Source of the DNA: the human T2T-CHM13v2.0 reference genome, Homo sapiens
Assembly: GCF_009914755.1 (NCBI RefSeq)
Contig: NC_060936.1
Length of the DNA: 64,000 nucleotides
Strand: one strand, 5' to 3'
Below, piece after piece: positions 51,646-64,000 of the stretch. Made by a program: the position numbers and the translations under genes. Below the pieces are notes generated by a model. That model did not search any database. It was not told where the DNA came from and saw only the letters and a list, made by a program, of their open reading frames with translations. The stretch's first letter is position 1. Each line of letters starts with the position of its first letter.

Positions 51646-53647
51646 TGCTCCTAACCTATTTGCTGTTTTGCCCTAAGTGAAGGATACTAATTTTGGATAT
51701 GGTTTACTACTGTACTTTTGAGCAATTCAGCCATCTCTATTCATTCATTTATTCCACATCATTTATTGGGAATTTATGGAGAACCAGTTACCATGCTTGG
51801 CCCTTGATAAACACAAGACATTTCTGTTAAGGAGTACAAGGTTTAGTGAGAAGGACTTAAAAGTAAAGCCACGATTACAGTGCTATGTAACAAGTACTAT
51901 GAGCTAGTGGTACAGACAGCAAACTGAGGAGAAATGAAGGAACATCTAAATCTAAGCAAGTCAGAGCAGCTGTCTGGTGGAGGCGTATTTGAGCTGAATT
52001 TTGAAGGACAGTGAGAGTGAGCTACATAGGAGGAGTGGAGAGGGAATTCTAGGCAGCCATAACAACATACATTAAGGAAAGGATGGAAGCACAGAACAAG
52101 AATGTTGGGGGAACTGCAGTGGTTGGTGTGGCCAGGCCAAAGGTATCTGCAGCAGTGTGGTAGGAGATCAAATGACAAAAGAGGTGGGACCAGATAGTTT
52201 ACACTGTAGATAACATGTATTCAGTGCTTCCTATATTCCAGGCATAGAGGCAAGTGTTTTCAACGGATACTCCACTTAATCCTTACAACTTTCAACCCTA
52301 GAGACTGTTACTATTCAGTTCTACAGATGAGAACACTGAGGCACAAAGGTGTTAAATCATTTAGACAAAGTCATATGGGCAGGATTTGAGTCAAGGGAAG
52401 GGTTTCAGAACTCATGCTCTTTTTTTCTGCACTATGCTGACAAGCTCATGAAGATCTTTATATATTAGGCCAATGTGATTGAACTTTCTGGAATGCTTCT
52501 GTAATAGACACACCCAGAAGCTGTCACATACTGAAACAGATTCTCCTAGGCTAATTTCTTTTATACCTTAGCATTTGTCCAATAATAGTAGTCACAATTT
52601 ATTCTTGCTTACTATTTACCAGGTTTTATATAAGCATACATGTTATTTAATTTAATTTGTGCCTATAACAATGAATGAGTACTATAAATTGTGATATGAG
52701 AATAAAACTCATTAATATTATACAGCTACTAGTGTTAAAGTCGACATTCAAACTCAGTTTGACCAATTCTAAAGTGTTAATTCTTTTGCTACATTCCTTT
52801 GACAAATGCATTGCAACTTTCCCATAAGCTTGTGTTGCAAGAAGTGTGTGTTGAGACTGAAGTCTCAACATTTAATATGACCAATTCCAGCAGTTGTGTT
52901 GTTCCAAGGTGCTATTTAATTGGCACTTCTCAAATAGAGAAATGCAGAAAGCTCAACTATTAATGAATTCTTTGCTGTTGTTTAAACATTTATGATCTTG
53001 TTTCCTTGAAGTAGAGTTATCATCAATTTATGATGGGGTTCCCTTGCAGCTAAGTAATCTAAATCTTTTTAAAGTGACCTCAAAATGTGAAGTGCTAAAC
53101 TTCTGAGATTTTCTATAACTACTTCAGTGAGAATTAAACCGTGTGACAGTTTCACCATAAACATATGTACTACTTACAGCTGCTGCACTCCTAACCCTTG
53201 CACAGTCTTAGACAATTTTGTTGAGTATGAAGAAGCTCACTGAAAAGCAATTCTCTTTTGTCTGTAAAAACTATTTGGTATAACAGTCATCATACTATCA
53301 TGGTTAGGGAAATTAGTCTAGGTTTGGATATTAGATCTACCACCTACTGTCTTAGTTTCTTTCTTTATAAAATGGATATAGTAATCAGAGGTATCTTATC
53401 AGGTCGATGGGAATATTAAAGTCAAAGTGCATGTCTTTAAAACAAAAACAACTTAGTGAAGCCTGGCACAGAGTGTGCAATCTACAAACTTCCTCATTAA
53501 CTCCTGTCATATCTGTTTTTACTTCCTAGTCATATTACCAGCATAACAGCTCCACTCTTAACTTGCTGTATCTTCTGATTGGCAATCACAGATGTATTTA
53601 TCGTCAGTTCTATTTATTTTCTTAAGTACAACTGGATCCTTACCACC

Positions 53648-53974
53648 TGCTATGGTTTGAATGTGTACCCTCCAAAATTCAGGTTTGTCAATATGATAGT
53701 ATTAAGAGGTGGGGTCTTCAAAACATGATCAGCCACTATGGGTCCTCCTTCAAGAAGAATGGAATTAAGGCATTTGAAAACTTCATGCAACATGCTGTTA
53801 TCACTTGCCCTTCTGCCTTCCACCATGTGAGGGTTCAGCAAGAAGGGCCTAACGAGATGCAGGCATCTTGGTCTTGGATTTTCCAACCTCCAGAGCTGTG
53901 AGAAATAAATTTCTATTCTTTATGAATTATTCAGTGTCAGGTATTGTTATCACAGCAGAAGAAGAACTAAGACA
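53648..53974 (+). mobile_element. MST/MLT1A-type MaLR solo LTR
   Basis: TGCTATGGTTTGAATGTG..CTCCAGAGCTGTGAGAAATAAATTTC..GAACTAAGACA; TSD CCACC/CTACC. Confidence 0.88.
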
Positions 53975-54629
53975 CTACCTATTCTGTTTTTCCTGCTCTT
54001 TTTGGAATTGCCTCAACCTGGGTATAATCACAGATTTCACAATTTACTTGGATGAGTTTGGTCAAGTCAAGCAATCAAGACCTCATTTCTAGAATCAAAA
54101 GAATGTAGAAAATATTTCCTTGGTTTCACTGACTTTGGAAATTAGAACATTTAAATAAAATTTAGAATATAATGATTTCTTCTCTTAAAATATCTAAGTC
54201 TCACAGATTCAGCATATGGAGTCTCACTTCCCTATCTTAATATCAAAGGAAATCCAAACGATTACTATCAATGATCAGTTAGCCCAATTTCACGTGTCTT
54301 AGAAGGAACTGCCTGTACTGTTTAAAGGGAAGTGATGAAACAGAGCATCTTCTCTGCCTTGATTCTGGCATCAGAAAAGGATCCCACACAAAGACTTTCT
54401 TTTGCTTCGGGCAATATCCTAAGATCCCAGAGACGAGCAATCTGCACTGCTTACCTGACATATGTCCTCTGCTGTGGGATGCAAGTTAGTCCTAGAGAAG
54501 AATTATTTAAAAACAGCAACAATAACTTGGTTTCATCTTTTTCCTTCAGAGACCAATTGTCTATGAATACTTGTTAATATTTAGGGCCAAAATAAAATAG
54601 ATTACAAGAGATTTTAGCAAAATAAAGGT

Positions 54630-54865
54630 AGGAATGGAGCCAGACTTCCTATGTCTGGAATCATATCTCTAGATGATAATCTAGCAGCTTTGTTAATCTG
54701 GAGCAAAGTAATTCACCCTTTTTCTGTGCCTTAGTTACTGCATCTTAAAAATGAAGGTAATGATAATACCTACCATGTAAGGTTATTGCAAGGATTAAAC
54801 AGGATGATATGCATGTAATGCTTAGAAGATAGGAAGCTAGGAAGCACTCAATTATTGTTAGTTGT
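54630..54865 (+). mobile_element. MIR SINE
   Basis: TCTGTGCCTTAGTTACTGCATCTTAAAAATGAAGGTAATGATAATACCTACC core. Confidence 0.7.
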
Positions 54866-57800
54866 AGTAGTAGTGGTAAGAGTAACAGAGTTTCTTCATG
54901 TCTTTCCTTTTACATGCCTTCCTTCTCAACAACGAGATGTTAGAATCACAAATATGTCTCCAAGCAACTTATCTAAATGATGAAACCTGCATAGTTGGTT
55001 TTCATTTTAGCAACCAATAAGAAAACACTTTTGATTATAGCATTTTATGCACTCTGCAGACAAAGCAGGCTCTCTACTTTCACATCTCACTCTTGGGTCT
55101 GTCAAACTACCCAGTGGAGCATCTTTTTGAGTTGCCTGAGTAATTAGGGTACCTGAAGTGTATTTATATATATATGTCAGGATTTGTTTATTCATTTTAG
55201 CCAGTGAAGTAGTCAGTAAACATGGTTTACATGGACAGCATAAAAACTCAGTGACATTTTAATGCCAGCCAGAAGCAAGAAGGAAACTGAGCTTAGGACT
55301 CTTCTTGATCTGGGTTCTTAAAAGTCCCTAAGTAGGTAAATATACTAGATATTCAAATCTTGACTTAGATGAATATGTGGTGGGAGGGAGTGTTGGGGGT
55401 TAAAATCCACAGCTACATTTCCCAGCAGAGGCAAGAGTAAAATTTTAAGTTCAAATTTGACTTCCTCCTAGATTCAATAAAGAACTTAAAAGAGTTTTAT
55501 CCTTGTAGGTTATACTTCTCACAAGGACACAGTGAAGACATAACCTTTACCTTGGCCTTATTAAGATCAATTTTCCATAACTGTACTACCTCCAAAATAC
55601 TTTCTGGCTTATGATGTTGTTACTGGCTCTACCTTATTTATCAGTGTCATTTCTGTTGGTACCAGTAACTTATGTATAAATTTAAACTTTTGCCTCATAT
55701 TGCATTTAATCAGAAACTAGAATCATTTTTTTCTGGACCACATGGTGAAAAGAAGTCAATATATTTACAGTTTGTGGAATAGGGGAAGTATTTTATTAAG
55801 ACTCTGAAACTCTCCTTAGTGAGAGTCCTTGACCTACTTACCATAAACTATCAAATCCCATGTTTAAAGGAATTCTTTAGATTTTGTTATTCTGGTTCTT
55901 CTGGATCCTGAGCTATTTTTCTTAAATCTACTCTTTATGCCTTTTTCTGTCTTGGTGGGAAAGAAGTTGGACTTTCAGGCTCTGCATTAATCAAAACAAC
56001 AAAAATCCTTAAAGACAAGCCACTCTTAGATTTTAATTCTTGCTCCCTTTAGAAAACCTATGTTTTCTCTTTGAAAGAATGATATTCTTAAGGGCAAGGA
56101 TATTATCTAACTCATTTGTGTTTGCTGCTTCTAAAAAGGGAATACCATTTAGTAAATGTTTAATTTATATTTAATGAATGATGATAATTTATAATTCTCT
56201 TTGCTTGTTGATTCATGTGAATATTGATGTTCTTACTGAACATAATTTAAATTTTCCATTATTTTTCTCTTATTCAAGGATATTTAAATTTCTCCATGCT
56301 CTTTAAAATAACCATGAAGAAACAAAAATTTTAAAATATCTTTCTACCATGGAATCCAGAAGATTTCACTTTCATAGGTCTTCTCAAAAACATGCATGGG
56401 TCCAAGGATTATCACTGATCTTAGAGGCAGAGGAATTGCAATGGCAGTAGAAAGTAATATAAATAACTTTCATCAATTATAAAAACATTAGTCTGACAAA
56501 GCTCCTGGATTTTGTGTGGGATTGCAAAATTTTGGGAATGCACCAGAAAGTCAAAGGAGCATTCATCCATGAGTCCCTTAGCATGCATTCCTTTTCATTG
56601 CTTCTATTTTTTTCCCAAATCTTTTTCTCCATTTTTGCAGAAAATCAATGATAATAACTTAGGTTTATACAATCCTTTTATCTTAAAGAGTCCCTAGCAT
56701 TTTGCAAATCAAATACTTGAATATACCTCATCTACATTTAATTCTTTTTATGTCTCAATTAAATAGAAACCTAAAGCAACCCATTCTTTTCTGTTTTCAT
56801 GCACTTTAATGTCTGAAGACTGACAACTTTAATTGTGCTCCTGGTAAAGCAAGTGCAGAATCTTCCTTAGCATCAAAATAGTCCTAAAGAGCTGTAATTA
56901 AAATGAAGTGGTCGATCGGCTGCTTTTGATTATAGCAGGTCAAATCAACTTAACCTTTGCAGTATGATGACATAAAAGGCAACCTTACAAGGAGTGTCAC
57001 TATTCCATCCACAGACTTGAATTAATCAGATTGATGTTCTGACATTCTTTACCATCTGACCAAGTATATAAATAAAACTGAAATCTAGATTTCAGAAAGA
57101 GTTGGGTGCAAAAAGGAAAGAGGAAAAACAATTTCCTTGTGAGCATCATGTTGTTCTTTTTTCCAATGGCTGCAGTAAAAAATAAATTCACATTTCTATT
57201 TGTGAGATTGATGGATAGAATCAACTTGTGTTTAGGATGATCCAGGTTTGTTTTTCAAATCAGTATTCCAAATCCTTTGGACATAGAAAATTTTTAACGT
57301 AAATTCTGATTATCATGCATATTACAAGGCCATGTTATTTGTAAACTCTGTCACAGCTGAATATTTTGAAACACAAAATTATCAAATCTACAGAGAAGTA
57401 AGCGTTTTAGGAGCTCTTCTGAGTTCGGATTAATTATTACACCTGTGGAAAACCACTTTACCCCACTGAGATTCTAGCATGTTGGTCAAGGATCATTTTT
57501 CTTTCTCTTCCTAAACATGTCAATAGAAGTCAAAACTCCAGCTGCTATCTTAATTACCAGAACAAAAATCCATTATGCAGGTAGTTCAAGTTTTAATTTA
57601 CCCCCTCTTATGACACTAAAATGTCAAGAGAAAAATATGTGATTCAGAGTATAATATATAGTCCGGAGAAGTTGCCTAGGAGGGAGGTCTGCTAATAGAT
57701 CTATCATTTGAAAACTAAAGAGTGTTTGGAGTTTCTTCTGTGACTTGATAATCTGTTTCATTTCTATTGTGGGCTGAATTTTAGCTGGCTATTTGCAGCT

Positions 57801-58042
57801 TCTTTTTTATATTGCTCAAATTGGGGTCAATTTCTTACTTCTGGTTTAATAATTTAAAGAAAGCACACACTAGATTTGATCTGGCTATTCACAAAAACAT
57901 TCTAATCTGTCCCTGATCCTTTCTGCTAGTGTCTAGGTGGTGTTTATCTAGCTGAAACCATGTGTGAAATTTCCAAGTATTATGTTGCTTTGTCAAGTTA
58001 TTCAGAGTATTCCCATGCAAGGTATAAAAACAACTGCCTCTC

Positions 58043-58110
58043 CCCAGCTTGGGCGACAGAGTGAGACTCCATCAAAAACAAAAAACAAAAAACAAAAAGC
58101 AAAAAAAAAA
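58043..58110 (+). mobile_element. Extremely 5'-truncated Alu (~30 bp body plus (AAAAAAC)n tail)
   Basis: CCAGCTTGGGCGACAGAGTGAGACTCCATC followed by the tail; flanking repeat AAAAACAACTGCCTCT / AAAACCAGCTGCTTCT. Confidence 0.85.
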
Positions 58111-58949
58111 CCAGCTGCTTCTATGTAGGTGTGGAAAATGATACTGTGACTTTATTTGACATAAATAATACAAGTGTGGATTAAATACAAATATGGGTAT
58201 TCCAAAAATACAGGTGAGATCCCAAATGACTATGTTAATGGTCTAGGATTGTGAGTTGACATTTTTGTCAGTTTATTTGGATTCTCAACCTTTGACTTTT
58301 TGACTTAGTGTCATGTCACTCTCTCAATTTCCCGTCTGAGTAAAAAGATAGGAGACTTCCTCTAACACCAATTTAATCTTGTGGCTCATGTCAGGGCCTT
58401 CATTGTGAGCTGCATAACCCCACCTTCTCTCCTATTCTTTTGTGATGATAAGAGCAACATAGTTTCATAGATGAAGCAGCTTACGAGCTATTATCTGTTA
58501 GGTATCGGCATTTCCTCTCCAAAGGTGATTTTTTTTTGCTCTTTCCAGGAGACCTGCTATGAATATACCTGCTAAAGGAAAGTTTTAGTTTCTTTTCCAC
58601 TCAGCAGGCTGAATTTCTGGGTCATACAGTAGCTTTGTTCTGCCCCAGAAGCTATTAATGAGTCAAAGTCCCACAAGAAAATAGCTAACTTGGCCCTAAA
58701 GAGACATGTATAACAAGGCAGGCATGAATAGAAATGGCTAATATTTATTGAATACCTGTTATGTGCCAAGCACTATTCTGAGTGATTTACACGAGCTAAG
58801 TAATTAAATTGTCATCACAATAACCCTATGAGTAGAGAGTAAATAATACATATGGAAGTAGTATATATATGTATATAATGTCTCTGAGTAGATTTTATAT
58901 ATATATGCATGCATATATATACACATGCACACATGCACACATGTATATA

Positions 58950-59520
58950 TGGCAACATCATCCATCCAGTTGCTTAGATCAAAAATTTGGAGTGATCTTC
59001 GATTACTCTCTTTCTCTCTAAATCCATGTCCATAAACATACAGCTAGAACCTGTCCATGTATGTTTAACATACATCTAGAACCTGTCTGTTTATCCTCTC
59101 CACTGCCTTCAACTTAGTCCAAGCCACCAGACGTCTTGCCTGGATTAATAGACTCGTAATGAGTCTTTCTTTTTCTACTCCGATCTTACTTTTATCCCAA
59201 TCTCTTTGCAGCACAGTGATCCTTCAAAAACTTAAGTCACATCTTGTCTCTCCTGTGTCAATATCCTACAATTGTTCTTCATTTCATTCAAACACCAAAG
59301 TCCTTACAATGCTCCATCAGGCTCTATGTGATCTGACCTCATCACTCACTGCCATTCACCCTGTTTGCTTGGCCCTAACCACGGTAGTCTCCTACCATGC
59401 ACACACCAGATGCTTATGGCCTTCCCTCCAAGGTTCCCTCTTCCTAGAATATTCTTCCTGTAAATATCCACTTGTCTAACAACCACCTTTTTTGGGTCCT
59501 TGTTCAAATGTTACTTTCTT
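58950..59520 (+). mobile_element. L2 3' region
   Basis: ATGGCAACATCATCCATCCAGTTGCTTAG..GTCCAAGCCACCA..CCAAAGTCCTTACAATG. Confidence 0.7.
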
Positions 59521-60554
59521 AATAAAACAAAGTACGTTCCATTTTACACTCATCATTTTCATTAGTATTAAAAAATAGGCCCAGAGAGGTTAAATACCAA
59601 GACTACGCTTTAAACCTATGCAGTTTGAATTTACAGATAGCTTTTTTAAGTGACACACTAGAAGTATTCAAGAGTCAAAATCTAAGCCTTTTTACTTGTT
59701 TTGCATATGGATGTAAATTAAGGGCATACATATAGAGTTTGGGGCTTGATACAACTGGGAGACATGTACAGTCTTACCCAGGCCTACCTTTCACGACTGC
59801 GGCTTTGCCTAGGCTGTTCTGCTATTTGAAATAGCTGTTCCTACTCTTTCGTACCCATCATACCAGATTTGGCTCAAATGCCATCTTCTCTGCCGGGTTT
59901 TCCACATCCTCGCCAGATCTTTGGCCTATTTTCTATGTCCTCTCCTCACAATATTCAGGCTTCAATCATATACTCATTGAGTTTTACTGTGTTTCATCTA
60001 TTTACATACTGTATTCATTTTTCTGACATAATGAGTACTCAGTGAATACTGGTCTGAACATTGGATAAATGACCAAATTGTTAATCCAAGTATTTTGGAC
60101 ACAAATTAAAATTTTGCATAAGCCAAGATTTCTGTCTTCAAAAAGCTAAAACAAGTGAAACTGCCTCTGTATTCCTACATACGTGTGCACATGTATGCAT
60201 GTGTGTCATGAACGTACACGCACTTTTGTTATTCCAAATTTGGAGGTATGGGGAGCTTATTTCTAATATATCTCACCTCTTTTGTCACCACATTATGTGG
60301 CTTCTGTCCAATATGTGAGGTGCATTTTATTGTTAAGTACATTCTATGGAAACTGATGAGAAGTTCTTGTTAAAGAAAGGTTTTCAAACATACCTATACT
60401 TTCTAGAAGGGAAGCCATACATTTAAAATAAAGAGAACATTTTGAAATAAGCTCACCTGACTAGCCCAAATTGAGTACCACCCCTTCCGCACAATTTTCT
60501 TTAGCCATTATAACTTGTTTTGCTTGCTCCAAAGATATTTTTCTATTACAGATC

Positions 60555-60926
60555 AGTTCTGGACTGAATGTTTATATCTCCTGCAAAATTCATATGTTGA
60601 AGCCCTAATTTTCAGTGCAGCTGTATTTTGCAACTGGACATATAAAGAGGTAATTACAGTTAAATGAAATAATAAAGGTAGAGACCTAATCCAATAGGAT
60701 TAGTGTCCTCATAAAAAAGAGACGCCAGAGAGTGCTTCCTACCCCTCCCTACATGCCCCACTTCCCACATCCAGTCATGTGCCCCGGGCCAGTCTGGAAG
60801 AAACTCAATAGGCTAGAACCTTGATCCTGGCCTTGGAGCATCCAAAACTGTGAGAAAATAAATTGTTAGTGTTTAAATCACTAAATCTATGGTATTTTTT
60901 AATGGCAGCCTGAGCAGAGTAAGACA
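60555..60926 (+). mobile_element. MLT1A-type MaLR solo LTR
   Basis: GGACTGAATGTTTAT..CAAAATTCATATGTTGAAGCCCTAA..AACTGTGAGAAAATAAATT..GCAGCCTGAGCAGAGTAAGACA. Confidence 0.85.
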
Positions 60927-61314
60927 TATACTCTGTTATATTTACAGTTAATGTTTCTTTCACAACACTCATTCTTGTTTCTTTAGATGAATAGTAAATT
61001 TAGGGTCACAGAAGTGGACATCCTTCCTATTCACTCATTCATGTTTGTATTACTTAGAAATAGTAAGCATTTACATTTCTTGAATAACATGCCCTTTTCT
61101 TCCAATAAATTAAAGCTTCTTTTTTTAAATGTTATTCTGTCTTATTTTGGCAGATTTAATATTATATTTCTCATCTTTTTTAGCTGTGAAAAAAACACGT
61201 GGAAATTTCTAGGGCACTATGATAACTGCTTTTGCTCATCACGAACACTTGGCCATTTCATTCTGAATTGTCTAGAGTAAGAAGTTAAAAATGCATATTT
61301 CTCAAAACTTCAGG

Positions 61315-61487
61315 CAGTGATTTTAACATTTTTAGAGTCACGGTGCCTTTTGAGATTTCAGTGGAAGTTATGGATCTTATAAATTCACATGGGCAAATAT
61401 TTGTAAAATTTCAGCTGTTTATGGACCCCATGAAACCCATTCAAGGACTCGCTTAGGTGTTCTTGAATCCCAGGTTATGAATCTCTG
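61315..61487. mobile_element. MER117-like hAT-Charlie element
   Basis: CAGTGATTTTAACATTTT..TTTGAGA..GTTATGGA..GGACCCCATGAAACCCAT..CCCAGGTTATGAATCTCTG. Confidence 0.65.
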
Positions 61488-63159
61488 TTCTAGTCAATGT
61501 AACTGTGTTTATCACAGTAGTTGGGACTAATCGGAGCTTTCTATAAATACTTGAAAATAGAAAGATTTTGGAGTTACATAATCTCAAATAACATTCTAAG
61601 TTTTCCACACCAATACTTCTTATGAAAGACTCTGAAGTGGGGAAGTGTGAGCTTCTGATATTGGAAGTTTTACAGTACAGAGTAAACTAAGAATTCTGTA
61701 AGCTCCCTAAAACAGCCCACTACTTTCCTGATGGAATCAGCAAAGTAGGTTGCCTGTGATATTTTTAAAATCATGTGGGGAATATTTCAAGCCCTGATCA
61801 CAGACTACACATTAAAATGAGTCACGATGGTGACCTATACTTTGAGCCATAGAGACAAACAGACTTAAGGGAAATCAGTTTCTGAAAAGCAGCTTGTACA
61901 TTCTGATATATGTCATGTTATCCTAATAGAAGTGAAGGATGTGGAGTGATTAGAGGGACTCCCTGCATTGGTCCACTTACAAGCTGACTCTGGAGCTCAG
62001 TCAATACAAGGACTGCCTCAGATACTGATGGGGAGGGGGTTTGCTCCTGCTTCTCTCCGTGGGCTCAACTAAGCCAGCATTAAAGCTGGAGACTCCTTCT
62101 ACAGTATATCTTTCCTGCTAACTCCACGGGAGAAGAAAAGAAGCGGCATATGGCATCTGTTCTTACTTAAGAAAAAAAGAAAAAACTAACCTTATAAACT
62201 CTAACTTTTAATGGGTTTAGTTTAAATGTAACAAACCAACCCTTGAGATACAGCATAAAAATTGAAGACTTTTTATGGTACTTTAATTATAATGAAGGGG
62301 AATAGAACAGTCCCTCAGTAACCCCCTTTATTATGTTAGATGCTGAAAAGCAAACACACACAAAACAACATGGTTCTTTTGTTACCAAGGGGATGCCCTG
62401 ATGGATGAAAAAGTGCATAGTGTACAATATGGATAATGATGTCTCTTGATCATAAACATATTCTTTCTCTTTTTAGAATGAGAAGAGTCATTTAAGTCCA
62501 CTGCTTTGCAAATATGGAATCAGGGGTGCAATATATTGATGGTGTTCTGTGGAGGACAATGTGCAGAAGACATCTTAGACATATTGAAGACAAATTTTAA
62601 GTGCATTTGGTATTCAGAAGAAACAGATTTTTAAAAGAGAACAAAAATTCTCTCCCAGATCATCAGATATAACAAGTTTGATGCTGCACCAGTGACATTT
62701 TTTGTGTGTGAATGCAGCAGGAATCTGTTTCTCCTGAGTCCCCTGCTATTTATGAATGCAAAGAAGAAACCAACCTTCCCTTCCCTAATTGCACCTGGCA
62801 AATAGTCAGAATGACAGATTGGGAATGTTCTTAGTCAGTAAATTCCTTAGACAGAGCCAAACGCCCTGACACACACAACAATTATATCTTCTCTCCCACC
62901 TCCCACATACACAATCACCATAGCTGTCATTTCTACCACCATTGAGAAAATACCTAATCCATCCAGGTCTTCTCTCTATGAATGTCTTTATTTTCCAGCT
63001 TCATTCTTTTAATAAATATTTGTTAGTAGATATGCTTTGGAGTTTTAAAGTCAAATCCATTTCAAGATATTCCACCTATAACTTTGAGCAGGAAATGCAA
63101 TTATATGTTTCAGAATATTTTCTAATAGTCTTTGTGAGATTGGTTTTTTGGAAAAAGCA

Positions 63160-63335
63160 CTGATTTTTGAATCTAGCTCTGCCAATTTTGTGATCTTAGA
63201 GAAGCAACTTAAGCTTTCTTGAACCTGTATTTTTGTATCCAAGAAATGGAAGTGATAATGCTTACTAATTTTCTCAAAGAGTTACTGTGATAAAATTAAA
63301 TAACATATATGAAAGTACATGGTAAACTAAAAAGT
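63160..63335 (+). mobile_element. MIR SINE
   Basis: TTGAATCTAGCTCTGCCA..GTGATCTTAGAGAAGCAACTTAA..AAATGGAAGTGATAATG. Confidence 0.65.
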
Positions 63336-63525
63336 TTTCAAAATAATAATACCATTTTTATTATTTCTATTATATGCAACTCTTTGCTTCTGACAAACCA
63401 GATCAAAGATTAAATTTACATCTGCTACCTGTGGCATTTTATACTTACAAAGTGGCACAAACATTTCCTATTTGTTTTATACTGTGTGTCTTCATGTCAG
63501 TTAACAGACAAGAGACAAAGCAGTC

Positions 63526-63889
63526 TGCTTTAGTCTGCTTAGATGGCTGTAACAAAATAAACTTAATTGAGTAACTTATAAACAACAGAAATTTATTTTC
63601 CACAGTTCTGGAGACTGGGAAGTCCAAGAACAAGGCACCAGTAGCTTCAGTGTCTGGTGAGGAATCACTTTCTGGTTCACAGATGGCAACTTCTCCCTGA
63701 GACCTCACACCGTGAAAGGGGTAAACAAGCCCTCCAGAATTTCTTTTATAAAGGCACTAATCTCATTCATGAGGGCTCTGCCCCATGACCTCATCACTTC
63801 CTGGAGGACCCACCTACTAACACCATCACCTTGGGGGTTAGGATTTCACCTTATAAATGTTGGGGAATACGAACATTCAGGCCAAAGCA
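63526..63889 (-). mobile_element. MLT1A-type MaLR solo LTR
   Basis: CACAGTTCTGGAGACTGGGAAGTCCAAG..CATTCATGAGGGCTCTGCCCCATGACC..CATTCAGGCCAAAGCA; perfect 5-bp TSD CAGTC at 63521-63525 and 63890-63894. Confidence 0.9.
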
Positions 63890-64000
63890 CAGTCCTTGGT
63901 CAAGTCTATGAAACAAGTAAGTGGGACATCTAGATTTAGAATACAGCTGTTCTTTAGAGCATATATAAATACAGTAATTCTATACTTTCAATGTTTAAAA

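Noticed and set aside
56964-57042. C/D-box snoRNA-like spacing (ATGATGA ... CTGA, 79 nt)
   Set aside because: No terminal stem, no recognisable rRNA/snRNA antisense element and no host gene; such box pairs are expected by chance in 64 kb. An Infernal/snoscan hit would be needed
60175-60225. Alternating purine-pyrimidine tract (Z-DNA candidate; similar at 58855-58950)
   Set aside because: Short, interrupted and AT-rich; a common low-complexity feature

Overview
Primate (most likely human) AT-rich non-coding genomic DNA made largely of interspersed repeats. I found no host protein-coding exon, RNA gene or CRISPR array, and nearly all ORFs in the track are repeat-derived or random. The main elements are: (1) a 5'-truncated HERV-W/HERV17 processed pseudogene retroposed by L1 machinery (about 43269-46131), with RT-RNaseH-IN remnants, an internal deletion joining IN to the env tail, a U3-R-only LTR, an A-tail and a 23-bp flanking direct repeat; (2) a full-length solo LTR12C/ERV9 (13463-15046) that keeps its CCAAT array but has a mutated poly(A) signal; (3) a full-length THE1B MaLR provirus (7911-10212); (4) seven Alus, two of them severely 5'-truncated; (5) several MLT/MST/ERV LTRs, L1/L2/MIR relics, Tigger/MER DNA transposons, microsatellites and small local tandem duplications and palindromes. 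I found no convincing undescribed biological system. The best leads are the HERV-W retrocopy architecture and a possible LTR12C-driven read-through lncRNA. Repeat family names come from recalled consensus sequences, not from a database search, and boundaries of old repeats are approximate.
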